This document shows, piece after piece, positions 18,738 to 29,155 of a stretch of 64,000 nucleotides of DNA. The notes under the pieces were generated by a model. The model worked only from the letters and a program-made list of their open reading frames with translations, had not been told where the DNA came from and ran no database searches. This DNA comes from Thermoplasmatales archaeon (lineage in GTDB: Archaea > Thermoplasmatota > Thermoplasmata > Thermoplasmatales > GCA-001856825), in assembly GCA_027345195.1 (NCBI GenBank), contig DAHWIJ010000040.1, positions 7,830 to 71,829 on the forward strand, written 5' to 3'. The position numbers and the translations under genes were made by a program. Positions within the stretch are counted from its first letter, which is position 1. Every line of letters begins with the position of its first letter.

Positions 18738-19419
18738 CTATTTTGAAGACCTCCAGCAGGTCCGTTCTAGAGAGCTCCTCAGGTCTGGAGTCACCGAATA
18801 AATCCGTCTTCACTATGTTCCTTAGCTTCTTCCTCCTCTGCGAGAATATTGTCTTCAGAAAACTGTCGAATCCTTCAGGGATTGCATCATTGCCCCTCCT
18901 AAGTCTCAGGACAGTGCTGTAAACAGCAGGCCTGGGGGTAAACTTCACCGGAGGGATGTCAAATTCCCTCTCAATCCTGAATTTCATCTGCATCATGACA
19001 GACAGCCTTGAATAGTCCTTTGTTCCGGGCTCGGCTGTGATCCTATCTGCTACCTCTTTCTGGACGGTCACGACCCCCGTCTCGAACTCACTGTTCCAGA
19101 GCCTCTCGAGGAGTGGTGAAGAAATTGAGTAGGGCATGTTTGACAGAAATACGTCGAATTCCGGCCACTCAACCCTGAGGGCATCGGCATTCATCACCGT
19201 TGCCTCGGGAAACATCGCAGTAAGACGCTTTGCGAAATCAGGGTCCTTCTCTATGATGATGAGCGACCTGAAGTTCCTGATGAACCTGGTGAGTTGACCG
19301 AGCCCTCCTCCAATCTCGAGAATCCTCTTTTCTTTGGTGTCCACCAGGGACACTATCCTCTCCGCAATCCTAGGATCATTGAGAAAGTTTACTCCATCCC
19401 TCCTGGTTCTGTGCATCAT
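18715..19419 (-). CDS. rsmA: 16S rRNA m6,6A dimethyltransferase
   Basis: NFL, LEIGGGLG, SNMPYSISSP, QKEVADR, YSRLSV, FSQRRKKL. Confidence 0.93.
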   Translation of the reverse strand: MMHRTRRDGVNFLNDPRIAERIVSLVDTKEKRILEIGGGLGQLTRFIRNFRSLIIIEKDPDFAKRLTAMFPEATVMNADALRVEWPEFDVFLSNMPYSISSPLLERLWNSEFETGVVTVQKEVADRITAEPGTKDYSRLSVMMQMKFRIEREFDIPPVKFTPRPAVYSTVLRLRRGNDAIPEGFDSFLKTIFSQRRKKLRNIVKTDLFGDSRPEELSRTDLLEVFKIVSEQQRS

Positions 19420-19977
19420 CTATCCGGAAACGAAGAGTCTGTGCCTTTCTTCCTTGTTCTTCAGCTCCCTGATTACCCTTTCCGTTATCATCTTCTCTGG
19501 GTCTCTGAGACCCTTAACCCTCGCCTTCAGATCCTGAAAGTCCTTGAATGGGCCCTTCTTTCTCTCATCAAGTATTTCCCACATGAGGTTCCTTCCTATC
19601 CCATAGAGGAGATCAAGCTGATGAAGCCTGGCCGTAACCGGCTGGGCTGTATTGAAGAAATTCACGAACCTGGATTCGTTGTTCTCTATTATCTGCCTGA
19701 TCACGAACTCCAGCTCGTTCTGGGCCCCAGGAGTGAGCTCCTCGAATGATATCCTCCTCCTCACGCTGCTTATCTTGTCCCTCTTCTCTAGGTCCTTTCC
19801 GATGTAAACCTTGTCGCCAATAGTCAGGACAACGCCCTGCTTTGGAATTAGCTCGAAGAGTTTCATTTCCTCCTCTCCTATTGCCAGGGACAGAGGAACC
19901 CTCTTGAATGCCTTCTCCTCCATTCTTCCTTGTGGAAGGATGTCAAGCACGTATGCATACTCTTCCACAGGAATCAC
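19420..19977 (-). CDS. DUF655 putative RNA-binding protein
   Basis: EEYAYVLD, FVNFFN, RLHQLDLLYGIG. Conserved position between rpoF and rsmA. Confidence 0.9.
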   Translation of the reverse strand: MIPVEEYAYVLDILPQGRMEEKAFKRVPLSLAIGEEEMKLFELIPKQGVVLTIGDKVYIGKDLEKRDKISSVRRRISFEELTPGAQNELEFVIRQIIENNESRFVNFFNTAQPVTARLHQLDLLYGIGRNLMWEILDERKKGPFKDFQDLKARVKGLRDPEKMITERVIRELKNKEERHRLFVSG

Positions 19978-20288
19978 CTGCTCTTCTGAATAATCTCAAT
20001 TACCTTGTTTCCTAGATCCTGCTCGAGATTCTGGACGTGTGGATAGAGTATTGATCTGAGCTCATCCAGCGTGGTGGGCATAATATCGATAACCTTCACT
20101 GCAAGCATCTCATCTAGGCCCAGGGATTCTAGCTCCTTTTGGAGCTTGGCAGCTTTGTCAGCAGAAACCTTGGAGAATTTTGAAACGTGCTTAAGTGCTG
20201 CAGTCTGCACTTCATCCAGCTCCCTCTCCTTCGATGCTTCTGTTAGAAGTTCCTTTGCCTTTGCAAGGGGGATATAGTTGATCTTCAT
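19974..20288 (-). CDS. rpoF: RNA polymerase subunit Rpo4 (F)
   Basis: AVKVIDIMPTTLDELRSI HRDC-like motif and synteny. Confidence 0.9.
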   Translation of the reverse strand: MKINYIPLAKAKELLTEASKERELDEVQTAALKHVSKFSKVSADKAAKLQKELESLGLDEMLAVKVIDIMPTTLDELRSILYPHVQNLEQDLGNKVIEIIQKSR

Positions 20289-20297
20289 TACCCAGCT

Positions 20298-20588
20298 TCA
20301 CGTCCTCTTCAGATGTACTGGATAAGCCACCACTGTCTTGGGTTTCCCCTGATCGCTTATCTTCACTATGTACGCATCCCCTCTCTGACCCTCTACTACT
20401 CCCGTCATTCCCTGGAATCTCTTGAACGGCATTCCGTTGTGAAAGGACGGTTCTATATCGATTGCCACAGTGTCCCCTACCTCGAACCTTTTCACTATCC
20501 TATTTACAGTAACTGGCCCCCTCTCCTTTAGCTTCTTCCTAAGCTTGTACCTCGTCTTGGATCTGGGACCGTGAGACATTTTCCCCAT
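20298..20588 (-). CDS. rpl21e: 50S ribosomal protein eL21
   Basis: SHGPRSKTR, GMPFKRFQGMTG, PVHL. Confidence 0.97.
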   Translation of the reverse strand: MGKMSHGPRSKTRYKLRKKLKERGPVTVNRIVKRFEVGDTVAIDIEPSFHNGMPFKRFQGMTGVVEGQRGDAYIVKISDQGKPKTVVAYPVHLKRT

Positions 20589-20599
20589 TATTACATCCC

Positions 20600-21670
20600 C
20601 TACTTGACTTCGAGCACATCAAGATAATCTATTTTAACGTTTATGTCAAGTTCACTCTTCAAACTGGGGACAGTGCGTCCTTTGTCTCCTGTAATAAATT
20701 CCTTTATGTACGTCCCGGCCTCCGCCCTTATGCGCAGGATTATATTGTTGCCGGAAATCCTGATGACCTCAGTACTTCTGATGCTCTTTTCCCTCACCTT
20801 ATCCCTTCGGATGCCCAGGACTCTGCTAGGGGTCTTCTGACTAATCTTATAGTTCTGGAACTTCCTTAGGTTCTCAAATATATCAGGAGGCATTTCACCA
20901 TCCACAGTTATCCCGACTTCGTATGTCTTGTCAGGCCTCGAATTTTTCATTTCCTCAACTTCCATCGGGTCAGCCAGGGATAGCCCTACCACCTCGACCC
21001 CTCCCCTGGAGAAACTGAGAACATTGGCGGCGATATTTCCCATTTCTGACCTTCTTCTCCTTGGATTCCTGACTTCCACGTAGAAGGGTCTCCCTGTTCC
21101 CAGCATGAGGGCATCCACATCCTCCCTTCCTGAAGCATAGAAATTGTAGTCAGATCCTTCAAAAGAGTCGCAGACAACCTTACCAATGTACTCTGAAACG
21201 GATTTCTCCTGATCCTTTCCTGCCCCAGGCTTTATCCACGGGGACTGCGGAATGCCTCTCCTCTTCTTGAGGTAACGCCCCTTAACGTAGATTGACCTCA
21301 CGGATACTCTGTAACCTAAATCTTCCTGGTTGACGGTGAATGTCAGGTCAGGCCTTGAGAACTCGGCCCTGTAGCCAGTCTCCTCCTCAATCCTGGACCC
21401 AAGTCTGACCTGAAACTCCTCCTTGTAAGACCCTGTTACGACGCCTAATTTTGCCATCAGGTCTTTCTCTGCCTTGAGTTTCTCTGGTGATGCCCTTAGC
21501 CCAATAAGGAACGTTCCTGAATCGTAGATTTTTGCCTCCTCAAGGAACATCCTGAAGTAATCGTCTATATGGTCGAGCAGGCCACCGCAAATTTCGCATG
21601 TACTGCCCTTGTCTGATGGAGGATCGCCCTCAAATGAGAGCCTCTCCCTGCAGCTTGTGCAGAGGAACAT
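20600..21670 (-). CDS. pus10: tRNA pseudouridine(54/55) synthase Pus10
   Basis: GRYLK..RGIPQSPW, SGREDVDALMLGTGRPF, QKTPSRV, AGTYIKEFITGD.GRT. Confidence 0.94.
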   Translation of the reverse strand: MFLCTSCRERLSFEGDPPSDKGSTCEICGGLLDHIDDYFRMFLEEAKIYDSGTFLIGLRASPEKLKAEKDLMAKLGVVTGSYKEEFQVRLGSRIEEETGYRAEFSRPDLTFTVNQEDLGYRVSVRSIYVKGRYLKKRRGIPQSPWIKPGAGKDQEKSVSEYIGKVVCDSFEGSDYNFYASGREDVDALMLGTGRPFYVEVRNPRRRRSEMGNIAANVLSFSRGGVEVVGLSLADPMEVEEMKNSRPDKTYEVGITVDGEMPPDIFENLRKFQNYKISQKTPSRVLGIRRDKVREKSIRSTEVIRISGNNIILRIRAEAGTYIKEFITGDKGRTVPSLKSELDINVKIDYLDVLEVK

Positions 21671-21802
21671 CTATTTTACTTCTACTGTCTTTACGACGTT
21701 CCCGGGGATCCTGACGAATACCTTGGATCCGCACTCGCACTCAAACTGGGTTGTATCCCCCTCGTCCTTCAATTCCCTGCCGCACCTTATGCACTTAAAC
21801 AT
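21671..21802 (-). CDS. rpoP: RNA polymerase subunit Rpo12 (P)
   Basis: Below the ORF-track cutoff. Manual translation gives MFKCIRCGRELKDEGDTTQFECECGSKVFVRIPGNVVKTVEVK*, a Zn ribbon in the usual position after rpl37Ae. Confidence 0.9.
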   Translation of the reverse strand: MFKCIRCGRELKDEGDTTQFECECGSKVFVRIPGNVVKTVEVK

Positions 21803-22052
21803 TTTCCAGATCAACCTTCTTAAATTCCGTGTTCAGTTCCGGCGAATAGGCATCTCCTACGTACTCAAATCCGCATTTCCTGCACTCCCAGATACCGGGA
21901 TGTTTCCTCTTTACAGACACGTGGTGGCATCTGGGGCACACGTATGTGGCCTTTCTCAGATTTTCCATCTCCAGCCACCTTTTCTTGACGGTCGACCCGT
22001 ACCTGGCGCCGAATCTGCCTGAGCTACCTACCTTCTTCGTCTTCTTTGTCAT
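21795..22052 (-). CDS. rpl37ae: 50S ribosomal protein eL43 (L37Ae)
   Basis: KKVGSSGRFGARYG, CPRC, GIWECRKCG. Confidence 0.96.
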   Translation of the reverse strand: MTKKTKKVGSSGRFGARYGSTVKKRWLEMENLRKATYVCPRCHHVSVKRKHPGIWECRKCGFEYVGDAYSPELNTEFKKVDLENV

Positions 22053-22055
22053 GGC

Positions 22056-22850
22056 CTATCTCCCAAGTACTCTCTTCCTAATATCCTTTCCCACCCTGAT
22101 TGACGTATCTACAGCCGCAAACAGTTCTTCCTGAGTGATGCTACCGCCAAGACCCTTCTGCATTGCCACGACAGCCCCTTCCTCGTTTGTGGCAACAGAC
22201 AATCTGGCTGAGGCCACCTCTTCCTCATCCAGATTCGGGTCCGCGACCATCACTGATCCTATCTTTGCGAAAGTAACCGTCACCGGGACGTGATTTATGG
22301 GCAGAGGAAAATCTTCCCCGCCAATCTTCGATGCAGGGACCTTCGCCTCAAGGAGGGCTGCAACTGCCCCGAGGGAGCATGCATCTATGAGGTTGCCGTC
22401 GTAGTCGAGGATGTGCATGTCTATGAAAACAACCCAGACCTTCTCCCCTTCCTTTATGACAAGCTTGTCCAGGTCGATCATCTTTGATTCCCTTATCCCC
22501 CTGTCCACTACCCTTGCAAGCTCTATTGCATCTTCGCTCGGCGGGCCTGACTCGAATGTGGGGGATGCCATCGGAAGAAGTTCCGCATTGGTGGTGAGTA
22601 TTCCGCTGTTCGGTGTATCTGGGAATGGCTCTCCCTGCTCTATCTTGATTCCCACAAGCACCCTTGTGTCCCCCAGCCGCACCTCTGCGGAACCCTCAGC
22701 TCTCGGAACAAAGTTGGTGTTGACTATGGCCTTTCGTGTTTCATCCAGCTTTCTCCCGTCTATCCTGTTACCCTCCGCTGATATCTTCTCCAGATACTCC
22801 CTCTTAAGCCCATAAACTATTTCATCTGCGCTCTTACTCACCTTGCTCAC
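22056..22850 (-). CDS. rrp42: Exosome complex subunit Rrp42
   Basis: [35 protein letters not shown]. Confidence 0.96.
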   Translation of the reverse strand: MSKVSKSADEIVYGLKREYLEKISAEGNRIDGRKLDETRKAIVNTNFVPRAEGSAEVRLGDTRVLVGIKIEQGEPFPDTPNSGILTTNAELLPMASPTFESGPPSEDAIELARVVDRGIRESKMIDLDKLVIKEGEKVWVVFIDMHILDYDGNLIDACSLGAVAALLEAKVPASKIGGEDFPLPINHVPVTVTFAKIGSVMVADPNLDEEEVASARLSVATNEEGAVVAMQKGLGGSITQEELFAAVDTSIRVGKDIRKRVLGR

Positions 22851-23595
22851 CTTCCTTCTCTGATTCTTGAACCTTATACTTTGCTAGGAGCGCCTCCTTT
22901 TGAAGGGCGGAAATGTACATTGATGCCTTCTTGGAAAGTTCCACGGCCTCGGCAAGTTCATCCCTTGTCATGTTCCCGTCCATCTGGAGCAGGACTATCT
23001 CCTGTGTCCTGGGTATTATCGCCATAGGCATATCGGCCTGACCAAAATTGTCCTCTTCCTTGTTAAGGTCAAGAACCACCTTTCCGTCTATCTTTCCGGC
23101 TGCACATCCCACAACCATATCCTTCATTGGTATGCCTGCGTCCACCAAGGCAACCGAAGCCGCAGTCAACCCTGCTATCCTGGTGCCGGCATCTGCCTGC
23201 AGCACCTCTATGTACACATCTATGCTAGTTCTCGGGAACTGTTCCGTAAACACGGCACATTCAAGGGCCTCCCCTATGACCTTGCTTATCTCAACTGCCC
23301 TCCTGTCCGGTCCGGGTCGTTTCCTTTCGTCCACAGAGAATGCCGCCATATTATACCTTGCGTTGATTATTGCCCTTGAGGGGTTTTGGGTGTGCTTTGG
23401 AAACGCCTCACGGGGGCCATATACCGCCACCAGAACCTTGTTTCCGCCCCATTCTATGTAGGCCGAGCCGTCCGCCCTGTTGAGCACCCCAACCTCTATT
23501 TTTATAGGCCTCAATTCATTGTATTTCCTTCCGTCTATCCTTAAACCTTCCTCGTTTATCAGTTTGATTTCACTCTGCATTCCCAACCTTATCAC
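22834..23595 (-). CDS. rrp41: Exosome complex exonuclease Rrp41
   Basis: [40 protein letters not shown]. Alternative start ATG 23580. Confidence 0.96.
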   Translation of the reverse strand: MIRLGMQSEIKLINEEGLRIDGRKYNELRPIKIEVGVLNRADGSAYIEWGGNKVLVAVYGPREAFPKHTQNPSRAIINARYNMAAFSVDERKRPGPDRRAVEISKVIGEALECAVFTEQFPRTSIDVYIEVLQADAGTRIAGLTAASVALVDAGIPMKDMVVGCAAGKIDGKVVLDLNKEEDNFGQADMPMAIIPRTQEIVLLQMDGNMTRDELAEAVELSKKASMYISALQKEALLAKYKVQESEKEGEQGE

Positions 23596-24260
23596 CTACC
23601 CTCCTCTAGCATCTTCTTCACTCTTTCCGTGAGCCCTGAAGTATGGGCCTCCTTCTCTATAAATTTCAAAATCTTCCTTACTGCCATTACCTTTTCGACC
23701 GGTCCGTCAAGCCATACGACGCCATTCTGTCCAAGCTGAACCCTCACCCCGGTTACCTCCTTTATGGTGTTGACCATCGACCCTCCTTTCCCGATTATTC
23801 TGGAAACCTTTGTAGGCTGGACCATGACTATGTGCCCTCCCTCGAGCTTCCTCAGGCCTGCATCTTTCAATGAAAGCCATATCTGCCGTGATTCCGTGAT
23901 CTCATTGACTTTCAGGAAGACGGTATCCCCTATGCCAAGTATCTTGCTAAGGTCCTGGTCCACGTTCCTCCACGGTGTATCGTTTATATGCAGGAAGCCT
24001 GGATATGGCCCTCTTATGTCCATTATCCAGAACGAGGGTGCTATGTCTATCACCTTCGCAATTATCCTGTCGTTCCTCACAGGGTAATATTTGCCCGATA
24101 GGGGGATGATGTTTGCGTAGTTGTTATAGACCTGAACAACGCCCATCTGGTATGCGTAGAACTTCCCCCCCTCGTGATATATTCCGTTTCCCTGTTTCAT
24201 CCCCTCCAGATTTATCTCTTCCCCTGGCAGTACGATCTTTCTCTCAATATCCAAATACAT
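23592..24260 (-). CDS. rrp4: Exosome RNA-binding subunit Rrp4
   Basis: VLPGE, S1 domain, KH motif [20 protein letters not shown]. Confidence 0.95.
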   Translation of the reverse strand: MYLDIERKIVLPGEEINLEGMKQGNGIYHEGGKFYAYQMGVVQVYNNYANIIPLSGKYYPVRNDRIIAKVIDIAPSFWIMDIRGPYPGFLHINDTPWRNVDQDLSKILGIGDTVFLKVNEITESRQIWLSLKDAGLRKLEGGHIVMVQPTKVSRIIGKGGSMVNTIKEVTGVRVQLGQNGVVWLDGPVEKVMAVRKILKFIEKEAHTSGLTERVKKMLEEGR

Positions 24261-24266
24261 TCACCT

Positions 24267-24974
24267 CTATTTTACCAATTTTATACTGACGTTTCCTTTC
24301 GTCCTCTTGTTCAGGAAATCGTATAGCTGATCCTGAACACCTGCGGGAATCTCAACTATTGCGCTGTAATTCCCATTGTTCTTCCAATCTTCCTTCACTA
24401 TCTGGCCAAGCCGCACCATTTCCGCGTAAATCTTCCCGTATTCTCCGCCCGGAACCTCGATTTCCATCTTGACGTGTTCAAACTTTATTGGCAGGATTAC
24501 CCTGATTGCCTTCAGTACGTCGTTGACCTGCTCCTCTGCGCTCTTGAACGGGTCTATCCGGACCCTTGCCTCCTCCATGGCCTTCTCTATCCTCTGCGGG
24601 GGGTGCGGGGTCCCCGATTGCGGATTCATTGATTCTCTGGAGATGATTTCTATGATCTGTCTTCTTTTTTCCTCCAGCATCTTCCTTCTCTGCTCTGTGG
24701 TCAGTTGAACCTGTCCCTTCTTGACAATCTCAATGACAACTGTTGGCAGATCGTCGGTTCCAAATACCTCTCTTATCACTTCCTCCGAGGCTCTGTCCCC
24801 CTTGCTGCTATCCTTAAATATCATGTCTGCAGCCATGTAGTCAGATACGTTGACGCTCTTTCCGGATTTCACAAGGTCTACCAGCTTCTGATCGATCAGG
24901 ACTTCAAACCGGTGTCCCTTGGATTCGTATCTCGCTATAAGCGCGTCTTCTACTTTGACCATTGGTTCTCTCAC
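24267..24974 (-). CDS. Ribosome maturation protein SBDS/SDO1
   Basis: RFEVL, IFKDSSKG, QLTTEQRR, PHPPQRIE. Confidence 0.95.
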   Translation of the reverse strand: MREPMVKVEDALIARYESKGHRFEVLIDQKLVDLVKSGKSVNVSDYMAADMIFKDSSKGDRASEEVIREVFGTDDLPTVVIEIVKKGQVQLTTEQRRKMLEEKRRQIIEIISRESMNPQSGTPHPPQRIEKAMEEARVRIDPFKSAEEQVNDVLKAIRVILPIKFEHVKMEIEVPGGEYGKIYAEMVRLGQIVKEDWKNNGNYSAIVEIPAGVQDQLYDFLNKRTKGNVSIKLVK

Positions 24975-25684
24975 TTGTTGCCTATGAGCTTGCCCGTCTC
25001 CTCCGAAGATAGAATCTTGAACTTTTGCCCCTTGGTTATGAGTCCCACGCTGATTGTCCCAAGCCCCTGTCCCTGCTCAAGACCCGCTTTAAGTGCCTTT
25101 ATTCCAAGCTCGGCGGCTTCCTTGAGCTGAAGTCCACTCTTGTACTCCTTCTCAAAAACATCCATTGCGGCATCCCTACCGTAGCCGATTGCGTCCGCCT
25201 TGTATCCGGTCGAGAGTCCTGACGGGTCCGTTTCAAAGAGGCTTATTCCAGTCTCGTCAATTCCGGTGATGAGGAGAGAAGCACCGAACGGTCTCACGCC
25301 TCCGTACTGTGTGTACTGCTGCAGGAGATCGCACACCTTCTTAACCAAAGATTCTACTATAATGTCCTGTCCATAAGTCACCTTTTCCGACTGGGCCTGG
25401 AGCCTTGCGTGGTCTATCAGTATTCTTGCATCCCCTATGAGACCTGACGAGGCAGCACCAATATGACCGTCTATTGCGAATATCTTCTCTATGCTCCTTT
25501 CGTCGATTAGACCGCTTTTAACCCTCTTGTCTGCCATTAGGATTGCCCCATCCTCGAATACTATACCTATGGCAGTTGTACCTCTCTTGACGGCTTCCCT
25601 TGCATACTCTACCTGAAACAATCTGCCGTCGGGTGAGAACACTGTGATGGCTCTATCATATGCCATTTGTGCTGATTGCATCAT
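24971..25684 (-). CDS. psmA: Proteasome subunit alpha
   Basis: YDRAITVFSPDGRLFQVEYAREAV and GGVRPFG. ATG 25684 follows a GGTGA SD. Confidence 0.97.
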   Translation of the reverse strand: MMQSAQMAYDRAITVFSPDGRLFQVEYAREAVKRGTTAIGIVFEDGAILMADKRVKSGLIDERSIEKIFAIDGHIGAASSGLIGDARILIDHARLQAQSEKVTYGQDIIVESLVKKVCDLLQQYTQYGGVRPFGASLLITGIDETGISLFETDPSGLSTGYKADAIGYGRDAAMDVFEKEYKSGLQLKEAAELGIKALKAGLEQGQGLGTISVGLITKGQKFKILSSEETGKLIGNK

Positions 25685-25751
25685 TTCACCTACTTTCTCC
25701 GTATATGCCAACGCAGTAATAAATCTTTATGAGATGTTTTTAGCGAGGGAA

Positions 25752-26483
25752 TCACAACCTGACCCTGAACAGTTCTAGCGCCTCCTTCTCCTGGAAATGG
25801 AGTTCTCCTGGAACAACGATCGTGAACGGGACATCCCCCTCGTTCCACTTCTTAAGTGTTGACATATTTCCGAATGCAATCTTCTCGTTAGGCATTCCCA
25901 GGCCGCTTAACACCCCCACCGAGGTTTCATCCCTGAATAGCCCCTCATTTCTCTCCGCTTCCATCCACTGAAGTTCATCTAGCGCATCACTCAACCTCAT
26001 CGGTGGTTCTGTGTCAAGAAGAACTATGGTGTGCAGCCCTCTCCTAAAGTTTTCGAGTATCTTGTCGTACGGGGAGACCGGTCTGAACCTCCCTTTGAAC
26101 CTTGGGAGGGAGACCGCTGGTCCGACCTTGTAGAGATGCAACCCAAGCCTGGTGGCGGCAACAGGGAAAATGGATGCGTTGTGGAATACCTTTATTTCAA
26201 CCCCCTCTTTTACGGCCTGCTGATAGATGGAGAAATGGGTGGTAGCGGAGAATGAATCCCCAGGGATGACTATAGACACGTTTCCCTTTAACCTCAGAAT
26301 CCATTCGAAATCCTCCATTCTCTCCCTACTTGCAAACGTCAGTTCCCTGCCTTCGAACGACCTGAGGTAATTGGGGGAAGTATACGTATCCACTATTATT
26401 GTATCCGAGACTCTCAGGAAACTCATCTCCTCCTTAGTGAGACTTTGCGGCGGATTGAAGCCTGCTGATATGAATCCAATCAC
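25752..26483 (-). CDS. dph5: Diphthine synthase
   Basis: DTYTS, GDSFSATTH, HNASI, GLHLYKVG, GLHTIVLLD. Confidence 0.88.
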   Translation of the reverse strand: MIGFISAGFNPPQSLTKEEMSFLRVSDTIIVDTYTSPNYLRSFEGRELTFASRERMEDFEWILRLKGNVSIVIPGDSFSATTHFSIYQQAVKEGVEIKVFHNASIFPVAATRLGLHLYKVGPAVSLPRFKGRFRPVSPYDKILENFRRGLHTIVLLDTEPPMRLSDALDELQWMEAERNEGLFRDETSVGVLSGLGMPNEKIAFGNMSTLKKWNEGDVPFTIVVPGELHFQEKEALELFRVRL

Positions 26484-27190
26484 AGGAGGTCCCCCACCTT
26501 TCCCAGATCTATGGTCCCGTACGCATCCCAGAGACCGTAGACCCTTCCATCATTCAGGTTCACGTTCCTAAGTACAGGGGATGAAATATCGTTTTTGAGG
26601 ATGTCAGATCCCCCGGCATATATCGAAAGAGCAGGTAGGACAATCAACCGTTCCTTCTTGAAGTACAGGAAACAGTGCAACTTAAGCACAGAATCAACAG
26701 AGTCCCTCAGTCCAACTGCAGGATGTTCATTCCCAATTATTGCCATGTCGTCCCACTTGAATGCCTTGTGACCGTGATGAAAGGTGTATCTCCCATCCCT
26801 GTAGATGTCGTAGGTGCGTATACCGAGCTTTGAAGAGATATTGGCAACGTAGTTGTCATGATTACCCTTGACGACAATCGGCTCTGACTTCTGGTCTATT
26901 ATCCTCAGAAGTTCGTACACATCGCTCCATTCCTGCGGAGTGTTTCGTGAGAACTCGTGCTTGAGGTCCCCGTTTATAATGAACTTCTCGGGCTTGTACT
27001 TGTCAATTATGAGGGAGACTGTTTCGTAAATCATTTCAGACTGCACCCTCGGCATAAAAATGCCATTCATCGCGAGGACATCCTCGTAGCCAAGATGTAC
27101 GTCTGAGACCGCTACAGCAGAGATGTCCTCAAGGTATGCAGCCCCGTATCTGGTGAAAAATATGCCATTCTCGACCTCGATTTCGTCCAT
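26480..27190 (-). CDS. Calcineurin-like metallophosphoesterase
   Basis: SDVHLG, NGDLKH, GNHD, HGH, EHP. Real start is ATG 27190. The longer ORF-track extension is antisense to thiL. Confidence 0.9.
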   Translation of the reverse strand: MDEIEVENGIFFTRYGAAYLEDISAVAVSDVHLGYEDVLAMNGIFMPRVQSEMIYETVSLIIDKYKPEKFIINGDLKHEFSRNTPQEWSDVYELLRIIDQKSEPIVVKGNHDNYVANISSKLGIRTYDIYRDGRYTFHHGHKAFKWDDMAIIGNEHPAVGLRDSVDSVLKLHCFLYFKKERLIVLPALSIYAGGSDILKNDISSPVLRNVNLNDGRVYGLWDAYGTIDLGKVGDLL

Positions 27191-27227
27191 CTCTTGATAA
27201 CTTATTAAAGTAAATCTAATTATCTTT

Positions 27228-28121
27228 GTGATGAAGATCGGCAGAATGGGGGAGAGGAAGCTAATAGACCACATCTGGGGGCTGGTCGGCGGGAAGAATG
27301 AGGATGAGGACGTACACTTCCTCGATAATGGCGGAAAGTACCTCCTTCTCGCAATGGATACCATAAACGAGGGGTTCCACTTCGAGAGATCGTGGAATCC
27401 TGAACAAATAGGGAAGTTTCTGGTGGACATCAATTTGAGCGATATTGCCGCCAAGAACGGTATCCCTCTGGAACTGATGGTCTCGTTCTCGTTCCCCCGG
27501 GACCTTGAAGAAACTTGGGTTTCAAAGCTTGTTAGCGGAATGAAAGGTGAGGTTGAAAAGTACGGCCTTAAATTTTCCGGAGGGGACCTGAAGGAAGCCA
27601 GGAGAATATCACTGACAGGACTAGTCATAGGGGAGGTTCACAAGGGAAGGGAATTTAGGAGAAGCGGCGCGAAACCTGGGGACTACGTTTACATCTCCTC
27701 AAGAATCGGGAAGCAGGAGCGTGCAATAAGGAGTTATTACAACGGGGAGAAAGGATCAGAGGGAGATATACTAGACATAACTCCCAGGCTGGACCTGAGG
27801 GAAAGACTGAGCAAGGCCGGGGTTACTTCCTGCATCGACAATTCTGATGGAATATACAAGTCACTCGCTCTCATCTCCCGGCTGAGCGGAGTTAGGATAG
27901 TTATAGAGAATGACGTCACAATCAATTCGAAGGGCGAAAGAGAGAGAAGGTCATTATTCTCCCTTGGGGGTGACTACGAGCTCATATTTACTTCGCCCCG
28001 AAGACTGAGGGGTTTCCCTGTCGTTGGGAGGGTCGTTGAAGGAAAGGGACTGGTTGACATCGATGGCAACACCCACCCCCCGGAGGGTTTTGATCATTTC
28101 AGGTCATTCAGGCGGCCCTAG
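27228..28121 (+). CDS. thiL: Thiamine-monophosphate kinase
   Basis: GERKLID, EGFHF, NLSDIAA, GGD, IDNSDG, GGDYELIFT. Confidence 0.93.
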   Translation: MMKIGRMGERKLIDHIWGLVGGKNEDEDVHFLDNGGKYLLLAMDTINEGFHFERSWNPEQIGKFLVDINLSDIAAKNGIPLELMVSFSFPRDLEETWVSKLVSGMKGEVEKYGLKFSGGDLKEARRISLTGLVIGEVHKGREFRRSGAKPGDYVYISSRIGKQERAIRSYYNGEKGSEGDILDITPRLDLRERLSKAGVTSCIDNSDGIYKSLALISRLSGVRIVIENDVTINSKGERERRSLFSLGGDYELIFTSPRRLRGFPVVGRVVEGKGLVDIDGNTHPPEGFDHFRSFRRP

Positions 28122-28256
28122 AAGCTGGCAACCTCGCCCGCGTTCCCGGCTGCGGTAGGGAGAAGAATAGCACCGAATGTTTCCATGGGACCATTTTCAT
28201 GACCATCATTTAGGAAAATTTTAGTAAACCGTATGATTAAAGATTGGTAGATTTAG

Positions 28257-28832
28257 TTGATTAGAAAATTGATTCTTATGAGGCATGGAGAAAGTTTTGC
28301 CAATGTCAGTAGCATTATATCGGAGGATATGAACCTGTACCCCCTGACGGAGAGGGGAGTGGAGCAGATATTATTTTCAGCAGAGCAACTCAGGGGCCTG
28401 AAGTTCGATGGAATAGTATGTAGCCCCCTGCTCAGGACCAGGCAGACCGCAAAGACAGTTGGCGAGGTCATTGGCCTGAAGGTCACGGAAAGCAACAAAA
28501 TCAGAGAGTCGGGTCTTGGCCCCTACAATGGATACAAGGTTGATGATGTTCCGAAACTCAACAGGGAGGATTTAGGAATGGAAACCTGGAATTCGCAGCT
28601 GGAAAGGATGAGGAGCGCGCTGATGGATTATGATGGTTCCTACATTTTTGTCAGCCACGCCCTTCCGATAAGGGTTCTTGTCTCTAGCTTTTTGGGACTG
28701 GACGAGAGGGAGAGTTACGGCATTGACATAAAGCTGGCCTCGATGACGGTGATAGATGTGGAGCACGAGAAAGTGTACTCCATAGGTACCCTCCTCCTGA
28801 CAGACAGAATAAGGAAATTATTCTCCAGCTAA
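28257..28832 (+). CDS. Histidine phosphatase / cofactor-dependent phosphoglycerate mutase family
   Basis: RHGES, LTERG, SPLLRTRQTA, VSH. Confidence 0.88.
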   Translation: MIRKLILMRHGESFANVSSIISEDMNLYPLTERGVEQILFSAEQLRGLKFDGIVCSPLLRTRQTAKTVGEVIGLKVTESNKIRESGLGPYNGYKVDDVPKLNREDLGMETWNSQLERMRSALMDYDGSYIFVSHALPIRVLVSSFLGLDERESYGIDIKLASMTVIDVEHEKVYSIGTLLLTDRIRKLFSS

Positions 28833-29155
28833 GACAAGTCCGAAGGAACGAGAGAGAGTTTTGCGTTTAAGAGGAAAGAGGTTATGCTGATTGCTGCAGG
28901 GGGGTGTAAATCCATTGATTTCCAAACCTACAAAACTTTCAGTCACAATCTTCAATGTTAAGAACCTCAGCTCATGACAGCCTCGTTGGAAACACGGTAA
29001 ATCGACTATTAAATCCTTTATGGATCTTCTTTCTCTTTTCACCCAAATCGCAATCCCCTTCCTCGGAAGTTTGGATAAGGAAAATGCACAGACCGGTCAT
29101 TCTCACCTATCGTCCCACCTCCGGCCAAAATGTCAAGGCTGGAACGTTCCTTCCC

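Noticed and set aside
27191-27628. N-terminal extension of the 382-aa metallophosphoesterase ORF
   Set aside because: Antisense shadow of thiL. The domain begins at ATG 27190.
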